Notes under the pieces: generated by a model | What the model was told of the DNA's origin: nothing | The model's input: the letters and a program-made list of their open reading frames with translations, nothing else | The model's database searches: none | Part shown: in pieces, positions 37,939-48,746 of the stretch | Numbering within the stretch: the stretch's first letter is position 1 | Layout of the letters: each line of letters starts with the position of its first letter | DNA from: Vicugna vicugna | Lineage: Eukaryota | DNA length: 64,000 nucleotides | Assembly: GCA_013265495.1 (NCBI GenBank) | Contig: MU060547.1 | Location: 5,671,678 to 5,735,677, forward strand | Reading direction: 5' to 3' | Position numbers and translations under genes: made by a program

Positions 37939-39369
37939 GATCACGTTTTCTTGCACACTTGCTTGATACCAACATGACGGCCTGGCTTCATTTCCTCTAA
38001 ATTTGTCTTGATGTGTAACCCAAAGGGCAAAGTGGACTGAATGCAGATCATCAGCAATATAATATTTATAGTAACCCGTGTAGTTATGTGTACAGGTGCT
38101 TCTTCAGAAAAACCCAGTGAGATGGCCAATGCCATTCCATTTTCACAGCTGAGAAAATCAGGATTTAAAGAGGAAAAGTGATTTGCCCCAGGTTCTCTCT
38201 GAGCAGCAGTTCTTACAATGATATTGTGCTTGTATATAAAAAGAAGTCTTCTGTGGTTAAGATGAGAGTGCAGGTCAGCTGATACTTTTTCATGACTTTG
38301 ATTGACAATGTTTATTCTCGTAATCTGGATACCTAGAGAACGTGGCTGCTCTGAAAAAGCACTCCACGGGAAACCAAACAATTTAAGTATTCCTCAAAGG
38401 AAGCAAACTGGATGAACAAACCCACATGGAAGATGCTAAAGCTTTAATTTTGATGGCTCAAAACGTGAAACTGGAAATAACCTATTCACTTACTGTGCAA
38501 ACACTGTAAAGAACTAAAGGGATGCAGAAAAAAAAAAAAGTTGATTTCCAATGCTTGACAGGCCTTCATGGATTTTAGGAGTAAGTGGGCAGGCCCCTGC
38601 TCACCCCCCTTTCCAGCAGCCTGCGTTTAACTTCAGTACGGTGCTTTTTAGTATTTTTCCATTGGAGATAAGTAAATTAGAATTATCTGCCGTCTGCTGA
38701 GAATAATGGCAAAAAACAGACAACCCAACAAGTCTGGCCCATGAATGTCTGGATGAGCTAATCACTTTCTGGAATGATAGGGAGTAGTTGAGGCAGGGAA
38801 AAAAGTACATCAGATTGTAATATTAATGCCAAATACTGTACTTTTTTTTTTTTACTACTTTGATAAAACAGGATGATGGCAGCCTGTCCAACAGCACTAA
38901 GTGATATAATTTTATAACAATTATTTGATGGACACCTTGGAAATGAAGGTTTTATGATTAATTATATTTAAGTTTCCTACTAGCCTACATTTAATAGCAC
39001 TTCAAAAAGTAAGTATGTAAGTATGGCTTTTAAATGACAATAGTCACCAATTAAGTGGCCTATCTTATACAATACAAAAATAGCATCAAAAATTTTACAG
39101 TCGAGGTATTTACAAAAAATGCTACACATATACATTTTACGTTCTACTAGTAAATAGGTACTAACAGACTCTTCGATAGCCAGGTCCTATAAAAATGATT
39201 TTGGCACAGAATTCATAAGTAGTTTAGGTTCTTATCTAGAAAACAAAACAAAAAGAAAGCAATGCTATTTTGGCATCAGAAATTTATTTTTCATCTTCAG
39301 TGAGAGCTTCTTAGACATTAGGAATAATGTGTTGCATCTGGGTGCATGGATATTAGCCCATCAAGGAAT

Positions 39370-39860
39370 TCTTTTGTGTCTGGAAGCAGCAGTTTGGTTT
39401 CATTTGGGGAACTACTTCTCCATCTCAGTGGCTTATGTGGGTGGGGTTCATTCTACTCTATGGATGATTGTAATTTCCAAGGGAGAGTCATAGTGATTAA
39501 TTGGTTCAGGGATTGGCATGTGATGAGCCCCAGTCAAAACCCAGAACAGCTCTATTTTACTGGGATTGCTATGTTAGTACAACAAGTCTGGAGCATCTTA
39601 CCATGTGGTAAGAATATTTCTGAGAATGAAACGCACAAAAGAAAGAGGAGGCAGAAGACAGAGATCGTCTGAGGACAAAGTCTGAATAACTGAATTAAAC
39701 TGATCCTGAAGTTTAGAATATTCTTGGATTCTCAGTTACATGAGCAGATGAATCCCCCAACACACACACACACACACACACACACTTTGATTTTTTTTTG
39801 CATAAGCCTATTTCATTTGGATTTCCCTCATTTGAAAACAAAAGAGCCCTCAACCAATAA
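39370..39860 (+). mobile_element. Old ERVL/MaLR-type solo LTR (LTR16/LTR33/MLT1-like) containing a CA microsatellite
   Basis: gattaattggttcagggattggcatgtga; cagttacatgagcagatgaatccccc; ends gcataagcctatttcatttggatttccctcatttgaaaacaaaagagccctcaaccaata. Confidence 0.6.
39760..39785. repeat. (AC)13 microsatellite
   Basis: Read directly from the sequence. Confidence 0.95.
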
Positions 39861-40799
39861 ATAACATACACATTACGAAAATGCCTCACACATCACAGAT
39901 GTTCAAGTCAACATGTACATGTTAAATCTAAATCACCAAACCCTTCCAATGACAGAACTCTTTTGCTTTGAGAAGGTTTATCATATGTGCAGCCTATAAA
40001 GACAGAAGGCTTCAGAGTCAATCGGGTCCTGGTAGGAGTGATTCTTGGGGTTGTATTTTCCATGATGCAAATGATCCCCAGCATAAACCCGGAATATTGA
40101 GATATTTACAGAACTCTGAGTGAACTATCCCCTTCTTCCAAAGGCAATCTGAATACACGGAATTAGCATCAGGCCTCCATAGCTCATCTAAGGGATCAGA
40201 GTCTACAGAAGAGTTTGTCTCAGTGTATTACCCAGAGCACTAATTTCAATGTTCCAATGGATGTTTTTGGTAAGAGGAAAAAAAATGCATATACCTATAT
40301 ATCACATAGTCAAAATGAACTACATAGCTTTTTGTTTTGTTTTACTACTAGACTTTTCAGAGCATTAATACCAGCAGGCTTTGTGAGTTTTCAAGAGGGG
40401 CCAGAATAGGCAATATTTAATCCTAGGGCCTTTTCTTTAATCTTAGGGTTGTGCGGAATGTGCTTTGGGAAGTCCCACATTATAATAATACTCTTTGTGA
40501 TTGTTGCACAGAAATGCCTGAGTGGTTTAAGAGAATGTATTCATCATGCAACAGTGTCAAGGGGAAAGGCAGAGTCACACAGAACACAGAGTATGGGATT
40601 CGGAATGATCAAAACCCGAATTCAAATTTGGCTCCTTTGTTAGCTCTTCACGACCACCAAAGACAACCATACCACTGCTGTAAGTCACAATGTCAAGTTG
40701 TACAAAACAAGAAACCCTTCCTCTCTCCCAGAGCTGTCTGAAAGCGTAATGCAGGAGGGACTTATTCTAATATGTATAACTCAGACCCTCAGTTAGATA

Positions 40800-40965
40800 G
40801 ATGTCTGTTTGCATCCCACTTTAAACACTTAGTAGCTACGTGACCATGCAAATTACTTAATCTACGTCTCAATTTCACTTTTTGCAAAATAGGGTAGGAC
40901 GTTAATTACCGACTAGGTGTTAAATAAGGATTAAATGGAATAAGGCGCATACAGCAGCTACTGTG
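40800..40965 (+). mobile_element. MIR
   Basis: cacttagtagctacgtgaccatgcaaattacttaatct..ggattaaatggaataaggcgcat. Confidence 0.75.
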
Positions 40966-41109
40966 GTCCTTGTTATTTGAACTGCAATACCAGCTGTTCT
41001 TACAAATTGAACAACATCAAATTACCTTTCCCAGGTTAGACACTATTAAATAGCAGGAATTCATATGGTTCGCCATCACAGTATGTGATTTGTCTGTCAG
41101 AGTTTCTGG

Positions 41110-41410
41110 CAACCATTCATCATTTGTCTATCTGGTCAATCAACCATTATTTACCCTGTGCTCTTTCTGTACAAGCAGCATGTCAGACCAAGGATTAAAA
41201 GGTGATTAAGGCCTAATCCTTGCCCTCAGTAAATACAGAGTAAGTAGGAACGGCAGGCAATAATAGGTAACTTTTTACTTACCTTTTTCTTGAATACATA
41301 CAATGATGATCACAAAGTGAGTTAAAAAGAGCAATGAGAGATGTGCATACAGTTTGGTATGGGAGTGCCAAGGAGAGATTCAGTGGTGCTTAATCAGTGG
41401 TGGTGGTTAT
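41110..41410 (-). mobile_element. L2 fragment
   Basis: caatcaaccattatttaccctgtgctctttctgtacaagcagcatg; tgccctcagtaaatacagag; atgtgcatacagtttggtatgggagtgcc. Confidence 0.55.
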
Positions 41411-43097
41411 TATCCATGGACAAAGCTAGTACACAGCTGGGCTCAGTGCACGCTTTGTGAGTTAATTAAGGGCATCCGAAAATTATTCCAAATTGTTTAT
41501 TGCCAAGAAGCTTCAGGGACCTCTAACCATAAGAACACGCAAACACGTTCAAGTTAAGGTCCTCCACAGAACACAGAATTACAATTTTGTTATAGTTTTT
41601 CTCCTTCTGTAACCATGTAACAATGATCTCTTCTAAGAGGAAGCCTGATTTAAACATGCAATGGATTTGGATTATGATAGGAGAACAGCTATTCTCCTAT
41701 TTCCTCCATATTACGTTGCCATCATAGAGATAATTTATCGGACAACAAAAACGTATTCCCAGTAATTGATCCTAGACTCCAAGCCATCTTTTGTATTTTT
41801 TGCATTCTGTGATCACCGGTAAGCTAGTTCGCTATACTATTGCTTTTCATTTTGATAGATCATATTGACATATCCTGGGAAAATCTCACTTCCCTTCTAG
41901 CTCAAAGCTCTCACCAGCATACCACAGGTATTTGGGGTCAGAAAATGAGTGGGTATGACCAGCAATTACAGAACGAAAAGGAATATAATCAGATCCTGGT
42001 GTGGAGATTGTTTTTTTAGCTTGCAANNNNNNNNNNNNNNNNNNNNNNNNNNNNNNNNNNNNNNNNNNNNNNNNNNNNNNNNNNNNNNNNNNNNNNNNNN
42101 NNNNNNNNNNNNNNNNNNNNNNNNNNNNNNNNNNNNNNNNNNNNNNNNNNNNNNNNNNNNNNNNNNNNNNNNNNNNNNNNNNNNNNNNNNNNNNNNNNNN
42201 NNNNNNNTTGCTTGTTCCCTTGGATGCTTTTATGGTTTCTAGGTCCAATGTGCAAATACATCTTTGATCTCAGTAGGTCTATTTGGTTAAAAAGGAAAGC
42301 TAAAAGAAATTAAATATGAGAAGCACAAGGTTTTGCAATATTTACGAAAAAGCAAGATTAGGGATTTCACTGTAAAAGTACAGAGCTGGGGCCCAGAACC
42401 TGAACATGGAGAATAATGAGGCAAATCACACCACACACGTGGAGGGGCCTGGGTTTGGGGGAGCCAGTCCCATGATGTGTGTCACTGAGCTGCGGCTCCT
42501 TTGTAGCCAGGGTGTAGCCGTGTGATTCGGTCTAGGTTGATGTCACACTGAGCAAATCAAAGGCAACGCTCTGCAAGCCATCACTTCCTCTCTCCCATTT
42601 GCCTCTTGCCCTTCAGAAAGCACCATGGGGAAGGATTCTCAGCCTCTGCAATGGCTTTCTTTTCAGCCATCCTCTCATCACGTGTGATTTCAAGAAACTG
42701 GCTGGAATGCAGTGTCTCCTGGAGCACGCACCTTGACACCTTGACACCTTGACACGGATTGCTAAATTTCAAAAGGAATTTACTTTTTGATGGATAATGC
42801 CTAAGAGAGGAATCTGGGACTTTGTCAAACCCACTATCAAAACTAACAGCCAGGAAGAAACTAGTCAAGACACTCAAATCCACAGTTAGGTGAATGTGTA
42901 CGGCGCTAAGTAATTAGTGGTAAAAGGTAAAACCTTCCGTTTTATGCTCTATGGAAAAAAAACAAAAAATAAAACCAAAAAACCCCACTAGGCTTTGCTG
43001 AATATACCAGTTAGAGAAATTCATAAGGGAAGAAAGGAGAGAGGATCAAATTTTACTTTGTACCCCCATTCCAGCTCTTTGCAACACTCAGGTTTCA

Positions 43098-43292
<195 letters not shown>

Positions 43293-45369
43293 TTAAAAAC
43301 TTGAATAATAACTGTACTAATCATTTTATTTTTCCAAACAACTAAATCTCCCAAGCCGTAATCTAAGTCCTTATTCCCCTGTCTCATGATATCTTTTTAA
43401 GACGACAGAAGCTGTAAAAGCTTTACTGCTTTCACTAATCTGAATGGTAGAATTATCATCAAGAATTTTTTTTTTTCNNNNNNNNNNNNNNNNNNNNNNN
43501 NNNNNNNNNNNNNNNNNNNNNNNNNNNNNNNNNNNNNNNNNNNNNNNNNNNNNNNNNNNNNNNNNNNNNNNNNNNNNNNNNNNNNNNNNNNNNNNNNNNN
43601 NNNNNNNNNNNNNNNNNNNNNNNNNNNNNNNNNNNNNNNNNNNNNNNNNNNNNNNNNNNNNNNNNNNNNNNNNNNNNNNNNNNNNNNNNNNNNNNNNTTT
43701 ATATTAGAGTAGGAATTTATTCTGAATGAATAATGAAATCCACCCAACACCCTTGTCTAAGTATGGCTATGTAGCCTGACTGAAACAGAAATAATATTAA
43801 TGCTAATGACTCATTGTACACTGTCTCCAAAAAGACTATAAAAGAGGAATCAAGAATAAATTCAGATACAGAGCAACTAAAGCATGACATCCCTTGCTGT
43901 GAGAAGCAGGCAGCCAAGTGCTCCACTTCTAACAATATTTTCCGTGTACCTCATTTTAAATATAAGGCTCAAAAGGGTCATCATTTTAGGCTGTTTGGCA
44001 TCCAAACTATTTGTCTTTAACTATGTTAAACACGGCAGGAAATAAACCAGGGAGGAAACAAGCCGCTAGACTGGTGTTTGCTGATGAGTCAGAGTGAACT
44101 GGCATTCAGACGTTTATCATTCACCAGCCCACGTTCTGTGGATCCACTATCATGAAACCACAACACAGAGCACAAGACAAGGGTCTCAAGGTAATTTTTG
44201 AACTGAATTTTCACCTAGATATGATCCTGCCAAAGAGGTCTTAGCCCATTCTGGGAGTTTCCCACATGTTGTATGCTATCATAAATTTCCCAAATTGGCA
44301 TTAACAAGTAACCATTTGAGGCGTTCTATGTAATCTGCCCATTTCAACTCTCTCAGGAACCCAGAAACCCCATGTCACTGGCCAAATGACAACAATGATC
44401 ATGCGTGAGACACAGATCTATTGATACTGCAAAGCCATATTAAAAACTCTGCATAGAATCAATGCTCACCCATTTTTTTGATCTGTCAATTATATTGTAA
44501 GTGGTAAAACTACCATAAAATATACTATTTAATGGAAAAGATCAACCGTGATGGACAAATTAAAAAAGAAGTCTGAAAAACACTTCAAATGTTAAAACAG
44601 AGGACGTGGTAAACCAGGTCAACTGCAAGAAATACTTGCATACTGATTTTTCACATTCATATTTTGATTAAAGTCTTTAATTTTTCAGCTATGTACATTA
44701 ATATTTGGAAAGTAAAACCTGTGCAAGACAGTTACCTGAAAGCCCTGTGGGAAGAAGGTAGTTTTATACTGTGATTTTTTAAAAACAATCTAGACAAGCT
44801 GTTATCAAGTTATCCCTTTGGTTATTAGTCTAAGTGACGATTTTAATTTGTTTTTCCATTTTTAAGATAGAATTTGAGAACAAGCAAGCTTCTTCAATCT
44901 AAAACGATCTGATCCCTATCCAATTAAATAACAGGTCTTAATTACGCACATTTCAGCTCCTTTCACTACTAGAGAAACAGGTAAGTCCACAGATCAGGGT
45001 CAGCAGGTCTCCAAGCAGTAAGCAGAATAGTCACAGGAGGGACTTCACCACTTTGATAAACCTGCACGTGGCAGATTTAGTGGTGTTATTTGTAATATCT
45101 ATTCTCCTCTGATCTTAAATAACAGACCTCAACAATAGGCACGTGATTTCATTTCTGCTGTATTCTCTTGTTTCATGGGAAGGACATGCATTTTAAATTC
45201 TTTAATCTTTTACTCCATAGTTCTTAAAGCCACATGGATTTCTACACAGTAAATCAGCTTTTACAATTTTCCATAAAAAATATGAAAAATAGATTTTAAT
45301 CTCAATTTCTTTGGGGGATCTTTTACTGTAAAGAAAATCAACTGATTTGCCAATACCACAATCTTCCAT

Positions 45370-45700
45370 TCATTTCACAAAGGAACCTACTGACCCAGTC
45401 TTGTGCTTGGTGCTAGGAATATGAGGAAGTCTTTAGGGGTGAAAGATACAGATACATTAAAAAAATTTTACTATAATGCCAAAAACAGCACAGTAGGGAA
45501 TGCAAAGTCATGTGTAAATTGTTTTGGGGTTTGTGAAGGGCAAGATACTGCCCTGTGGATTCAGGGAAGGTATCATGGAGGAGGTAACAGTCAGGCAGGA
45601 TCTTAAAGGCTAAATAGGAAGAATTTGCAATTGCTGGTAATGCTACGTGCAAAGTCTGAGCAGTGTATAAGAGTGGTATGTAGAGCAAACAGCACCTAGT
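45370..45700 (-). mobile_element. L2 fragment
   Basis: ttgtgcttggtgctaggaatatg; cagggaaggtatcatggaggaggtaacag..ggatcttaaaggctaaatagga. Confidence 0.65.
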
Positions 45701-46146
45701 TCTGAGATTCTTTGGTTTAAGTTCTCATATAAAGTCTTGAGAGCTGTTCTTAGTATATAGAAAGCACTAGATAACACTAACCTGTCATCATTGAAATCAT
45801 TATTGATATTATTACTGCTGATAAGTGGAAGGGACATAACACCATATACGTCTAGAAAAGCAGGTTAGAAACGGATCCTGAAGGACTTTTCATATCAAGC
45901 AAAACCTTTTGTGCTTATTAAATCTCTAAGTAGAAGGAAGACAGTAAAGATTTTTTTAAGCAGGAAGAATGAGGTTACTACCATTGCCGCTATGTGTACA
46001 ATATCCCTTACTTATTTAGTCCTCGTATATATTTTCAGACAAAGATACTGCAACTCAGAGATTGAATAATTTATTTCAGGTCAAATAGCTGGCAGAAGGC
46101 AGAGACCTTATTTATATTTAGCTCTGTTTCCAAACACTACCCTTCC

Positions 46147-46259
46147 TGGGTGACCAACCATTTTGAGTTCTCCTGAGACTGAAGGGTTTCCCAGGATGCT
46201 GGACTTTCAGTGCTAAAACTGGAAAGTCCTGGGCAAACTGAGATGACTTGTCCACCCCT
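46147..46259. mobile_element. MER81-like hAT-Blackjack MITE
   Basis: TIR-like ends gggtgaccaacc and ttgtccaccc(c)t, core gggtttcccaggatgctggactttcagtgctaaaactggaaagtcctgggcaaactg, degenerate 8-bp TSD acccttcc/acacctcc. Confidence 0.85.
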
Positions 46260-46279
46260 ACACCTCCTACTATAAAACA

Positions 46280-46460
46280 GTATTAGTGGTTTACATCTAT
46301 TGAATACTTACTAAATGTTGCGTGTCGAGTTAAGTAATTCTCCTGAATTATCTGTTTTGATTTTTACAACTCCAGAAGTTAGGTATTAACATTTTCTCCA
46401 TTTCATACATACGCAAATTAAGATTTAGAGGATTTGATTTTGTGGCACAAATAAAAACAG
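46280..46460 (-). mobile_element. MIR
   Basis: gaagttaggtattaacattttctccatttcatacatacgcaaattaagatttagagg..gtggcaca. Confidence 0.7.
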
Positions 46461-47077
46461 TTATTTAATATCTCTCTTTAATGGTAAGTTAGGTATTGTA
46501 CCTTTTAAAACTTTGGCAAACATTTATATGTCAGGCACAGGTAGAATCTGACCTTCCAAGAAATTGAATTGAAAGGAAAACAATTTCTTTGACTCCAAAT
46601 CAATAAAGCAAAAGCAAAAATGTTGCAGAGACTTAGTGAAAGCTATACTCAAGCTGTAAAGTAAAGAATACACAGATAAAAAAAATCTCAAGGGACCAGA
46701 TATTACAGTTTTGAGGAGGTAAGTCAAATTCTTTCTGAAGAAATCAACTTTTGTAGAGACTGACTGCCTTCAAAGAAGATTACCAAGTGTGAGAAAGAAG
46801 GAGTTAGCCAGGATTATATGAAATCTACGCTCCAGCAAAATCCATGAATAGAATACAACAATTATATCCACATTGATCATTAGGTTTACTTTCCCATGTT
46901 TCTCTGTCATAAGGATTCATACAAGCCTAGAATGTTAACAGCTGGGAGCAACTTCAGTGAGTTTAAGTCCCTAATTTCACAAATGAAGAAAGTAAGGCCA
47001 CGATGTTTATCTAGCACCCCACAGAGGTAGGATGCATTTGGTACAACATGCTGGGAAAAGAGAATGGACATAAAAGG

Positions 47078-47658
47078 TGTGGTTAAGCAGAAAAATGTCC
47101 CCCCACCAAAATATCCACGCCCTAATGCCTTGGAACCTGTGAATATGTTATTTTACTTGGCAAAAGGGATTTTAAGAACATGATTCAGGTTCAGGGCCAT
47201 GACATGGTGAGAGGACCTTAGATTATCCGTATGGGCCCAATCTAAACACAAGTTTCTAAACGTAGAAGGGAAAGTCAAAACAGCAGATCAAAGAGATTTG
47301 ACATGAAAAGGATTCCACCTGCCTTTGCTGCCTTTGAAGATGGCACAGTGAAGCCATGAACTGAGTGTGGTGGTGTCTACAAACCGGGAAAGGGTCTCAG
47401 TTCCAGGAAGTGAGGAAAACAAAACTTTCAGTTCTGCAACCTCAAGGAACTGAATTCTGACAAAAATTCAAATAAGCAGAAAATGGATTTTCCCCTAGAA
47501 CCTCTAGAAAGGAATGCACCCTGCTGACAAACTGATTTTAGTTTAGTGAGACCCATGCTAGACTTCTGATGTACAGAACTGTAATATAATACATTTGTGT
47601 TGTTTTAAGCCACTAAGTTTGTGGTTATTTGTTTTGGCAGCAATAGAAAACTAATACC
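47078..47658 (+). mobile_element. MaLR solo LTR, MLT1D-like
   Basis: Starts tgtggttaagcagaaaaatgtccccc..ggaacctgtgaatatgtta..ggcaaaagggattt. Ends ttttaagccactaagtttgtggttatttgttttggcagcaatagaaaactaatac. Confidence 0.9.
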
Positions 47659-47929
47659 CCCCAAATTCAGATTTACTGACTTATAGTTTAAAAAGAATTA
47701 CTTCAGTTCCTTATCAAATGTGCTCAGAAGTGTGAAACAACTTTCCCTTAGCTGGAATAACACCAAATCTACATTGTTATTCCACAATCAATGTTCTTGC
47801 CTTTAAGTGTGAGAAAATACATAGTGGTGACTAATAATTCTTGCTTCTATAACTGGGTATTTAAAACATTTTATGACTCACTATTAACCTCACAGTTCAA
47901 GTATGGCGGGAAGGACATTACCGTTCTTG

Positions 47930-48140
47930 AAGTCAGATGAGCTAGGCTGGAATCCCAATACGTGCAGGTTCTGTGACTGGAAAATCACTTAAACTTGAAC
48001 GTTCTGAACTTCAGAATATATGTCTATAAAACGGGGATTATAATCTCAAAGGTTGTCTTATGAAGCAACCAGCACAGTGTTTAGTAAACCATGGATGCTA
48101 TCAAACTTCTGCTGAATACCTACATGGATAAATGAGTTAA
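47930..48140 (+). mobile_element. MIR
   Basis: ggctggaatcccaata..ctgtgactggaaaatcacttaaac..tctataaaacgggga..cagcacagtgtttagtaaa. Confidence 0.7.
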
Positions 48141-48155
48141 AAATGTGTGAAGAGC

Positions 48156-48305
48156 GGGGGGAGGGTATAGCTCAGTGGCAGAGCACGTACTTGTTATGTA
48201 TGAGGTCCTGGGTTCAATCCCCAGCACCTCCATTAAAAATCAATCAACCAACCAATCAACGTACTTATTTACCCCCATAAAAAAAAAAAAAACAAGCAAA
48301 GAAAC
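48156..48305 (+). mobile_element. tRNA-derived SINE (camelid Vic-1-like)
   Basis: A box TAGCTCAGTGG (48168-48178), B box GGTTCAATCC (48211-48220), A-rich tail, and a perfect 15-bp TSD aaatgtgtgaagagc at 48141-48155 and 48306-48320. Confidence 0.92.
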
Positions 48306-48439
48306 AAATGTGTGAAGAGCATTTCTGCAATCCCTGTTTCTTAGGCACTGGTGATGTTTGGAGGGATTAGGATAGAAGTCAAGACTAGGACTCTTCATTT
48401 TCCAGTTTAAAGGTGGTGGTAGTCATTAGTGTTATTGAT

Positions 48440-48746
48440 CGATTATTGCTAACTCTCCACTATTCAGGTCTCTTTTAAAGTTAGGTATGGGAATATGACT
48501 TCATTTCATCAATGAAATTGAATAAGAAGTGATTCATGTCACTTCTACACAGAAGCTATAAGACCAATGGACTCATCATCTTGCCTTGCTTTTGCTGAAG
48601 TGACCATCAAGCATGCAGGGAGGAAGGCCTCCTACCACAGGGGCCATGTAGCATGAGAAAGAGAGATACTTTTTTATTCAAAAAGCTGTTGCCATATTAG
48701 GGTTGCCTGCAACTGCAGCAAAACTTAGCTTATCCTCATTGACACA
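48440..48746 (+). mobile_element. MaLR LTR fragment, MLT1I/J-like
   Basis: gttaggtatgggaatatgacttcatttcatcaatgaaattg..gaagtgattcatgtcacttc. Ends actgcagcaaaacttagcttatcctcattgacaca. Confidence 0.6.

Noticed and set aside
37941-38381. 146-codon minus-strand ORF
   Set aside because: Non-ATG start, overlaps MIR-like sequence, no recognisable protein motif.
41283-41288. Possible 6-nt microexon AAAAAG with donor gtaagt
   Set aside because: Lies in L2-derived sequence and lacks a nearby upstream UGC.
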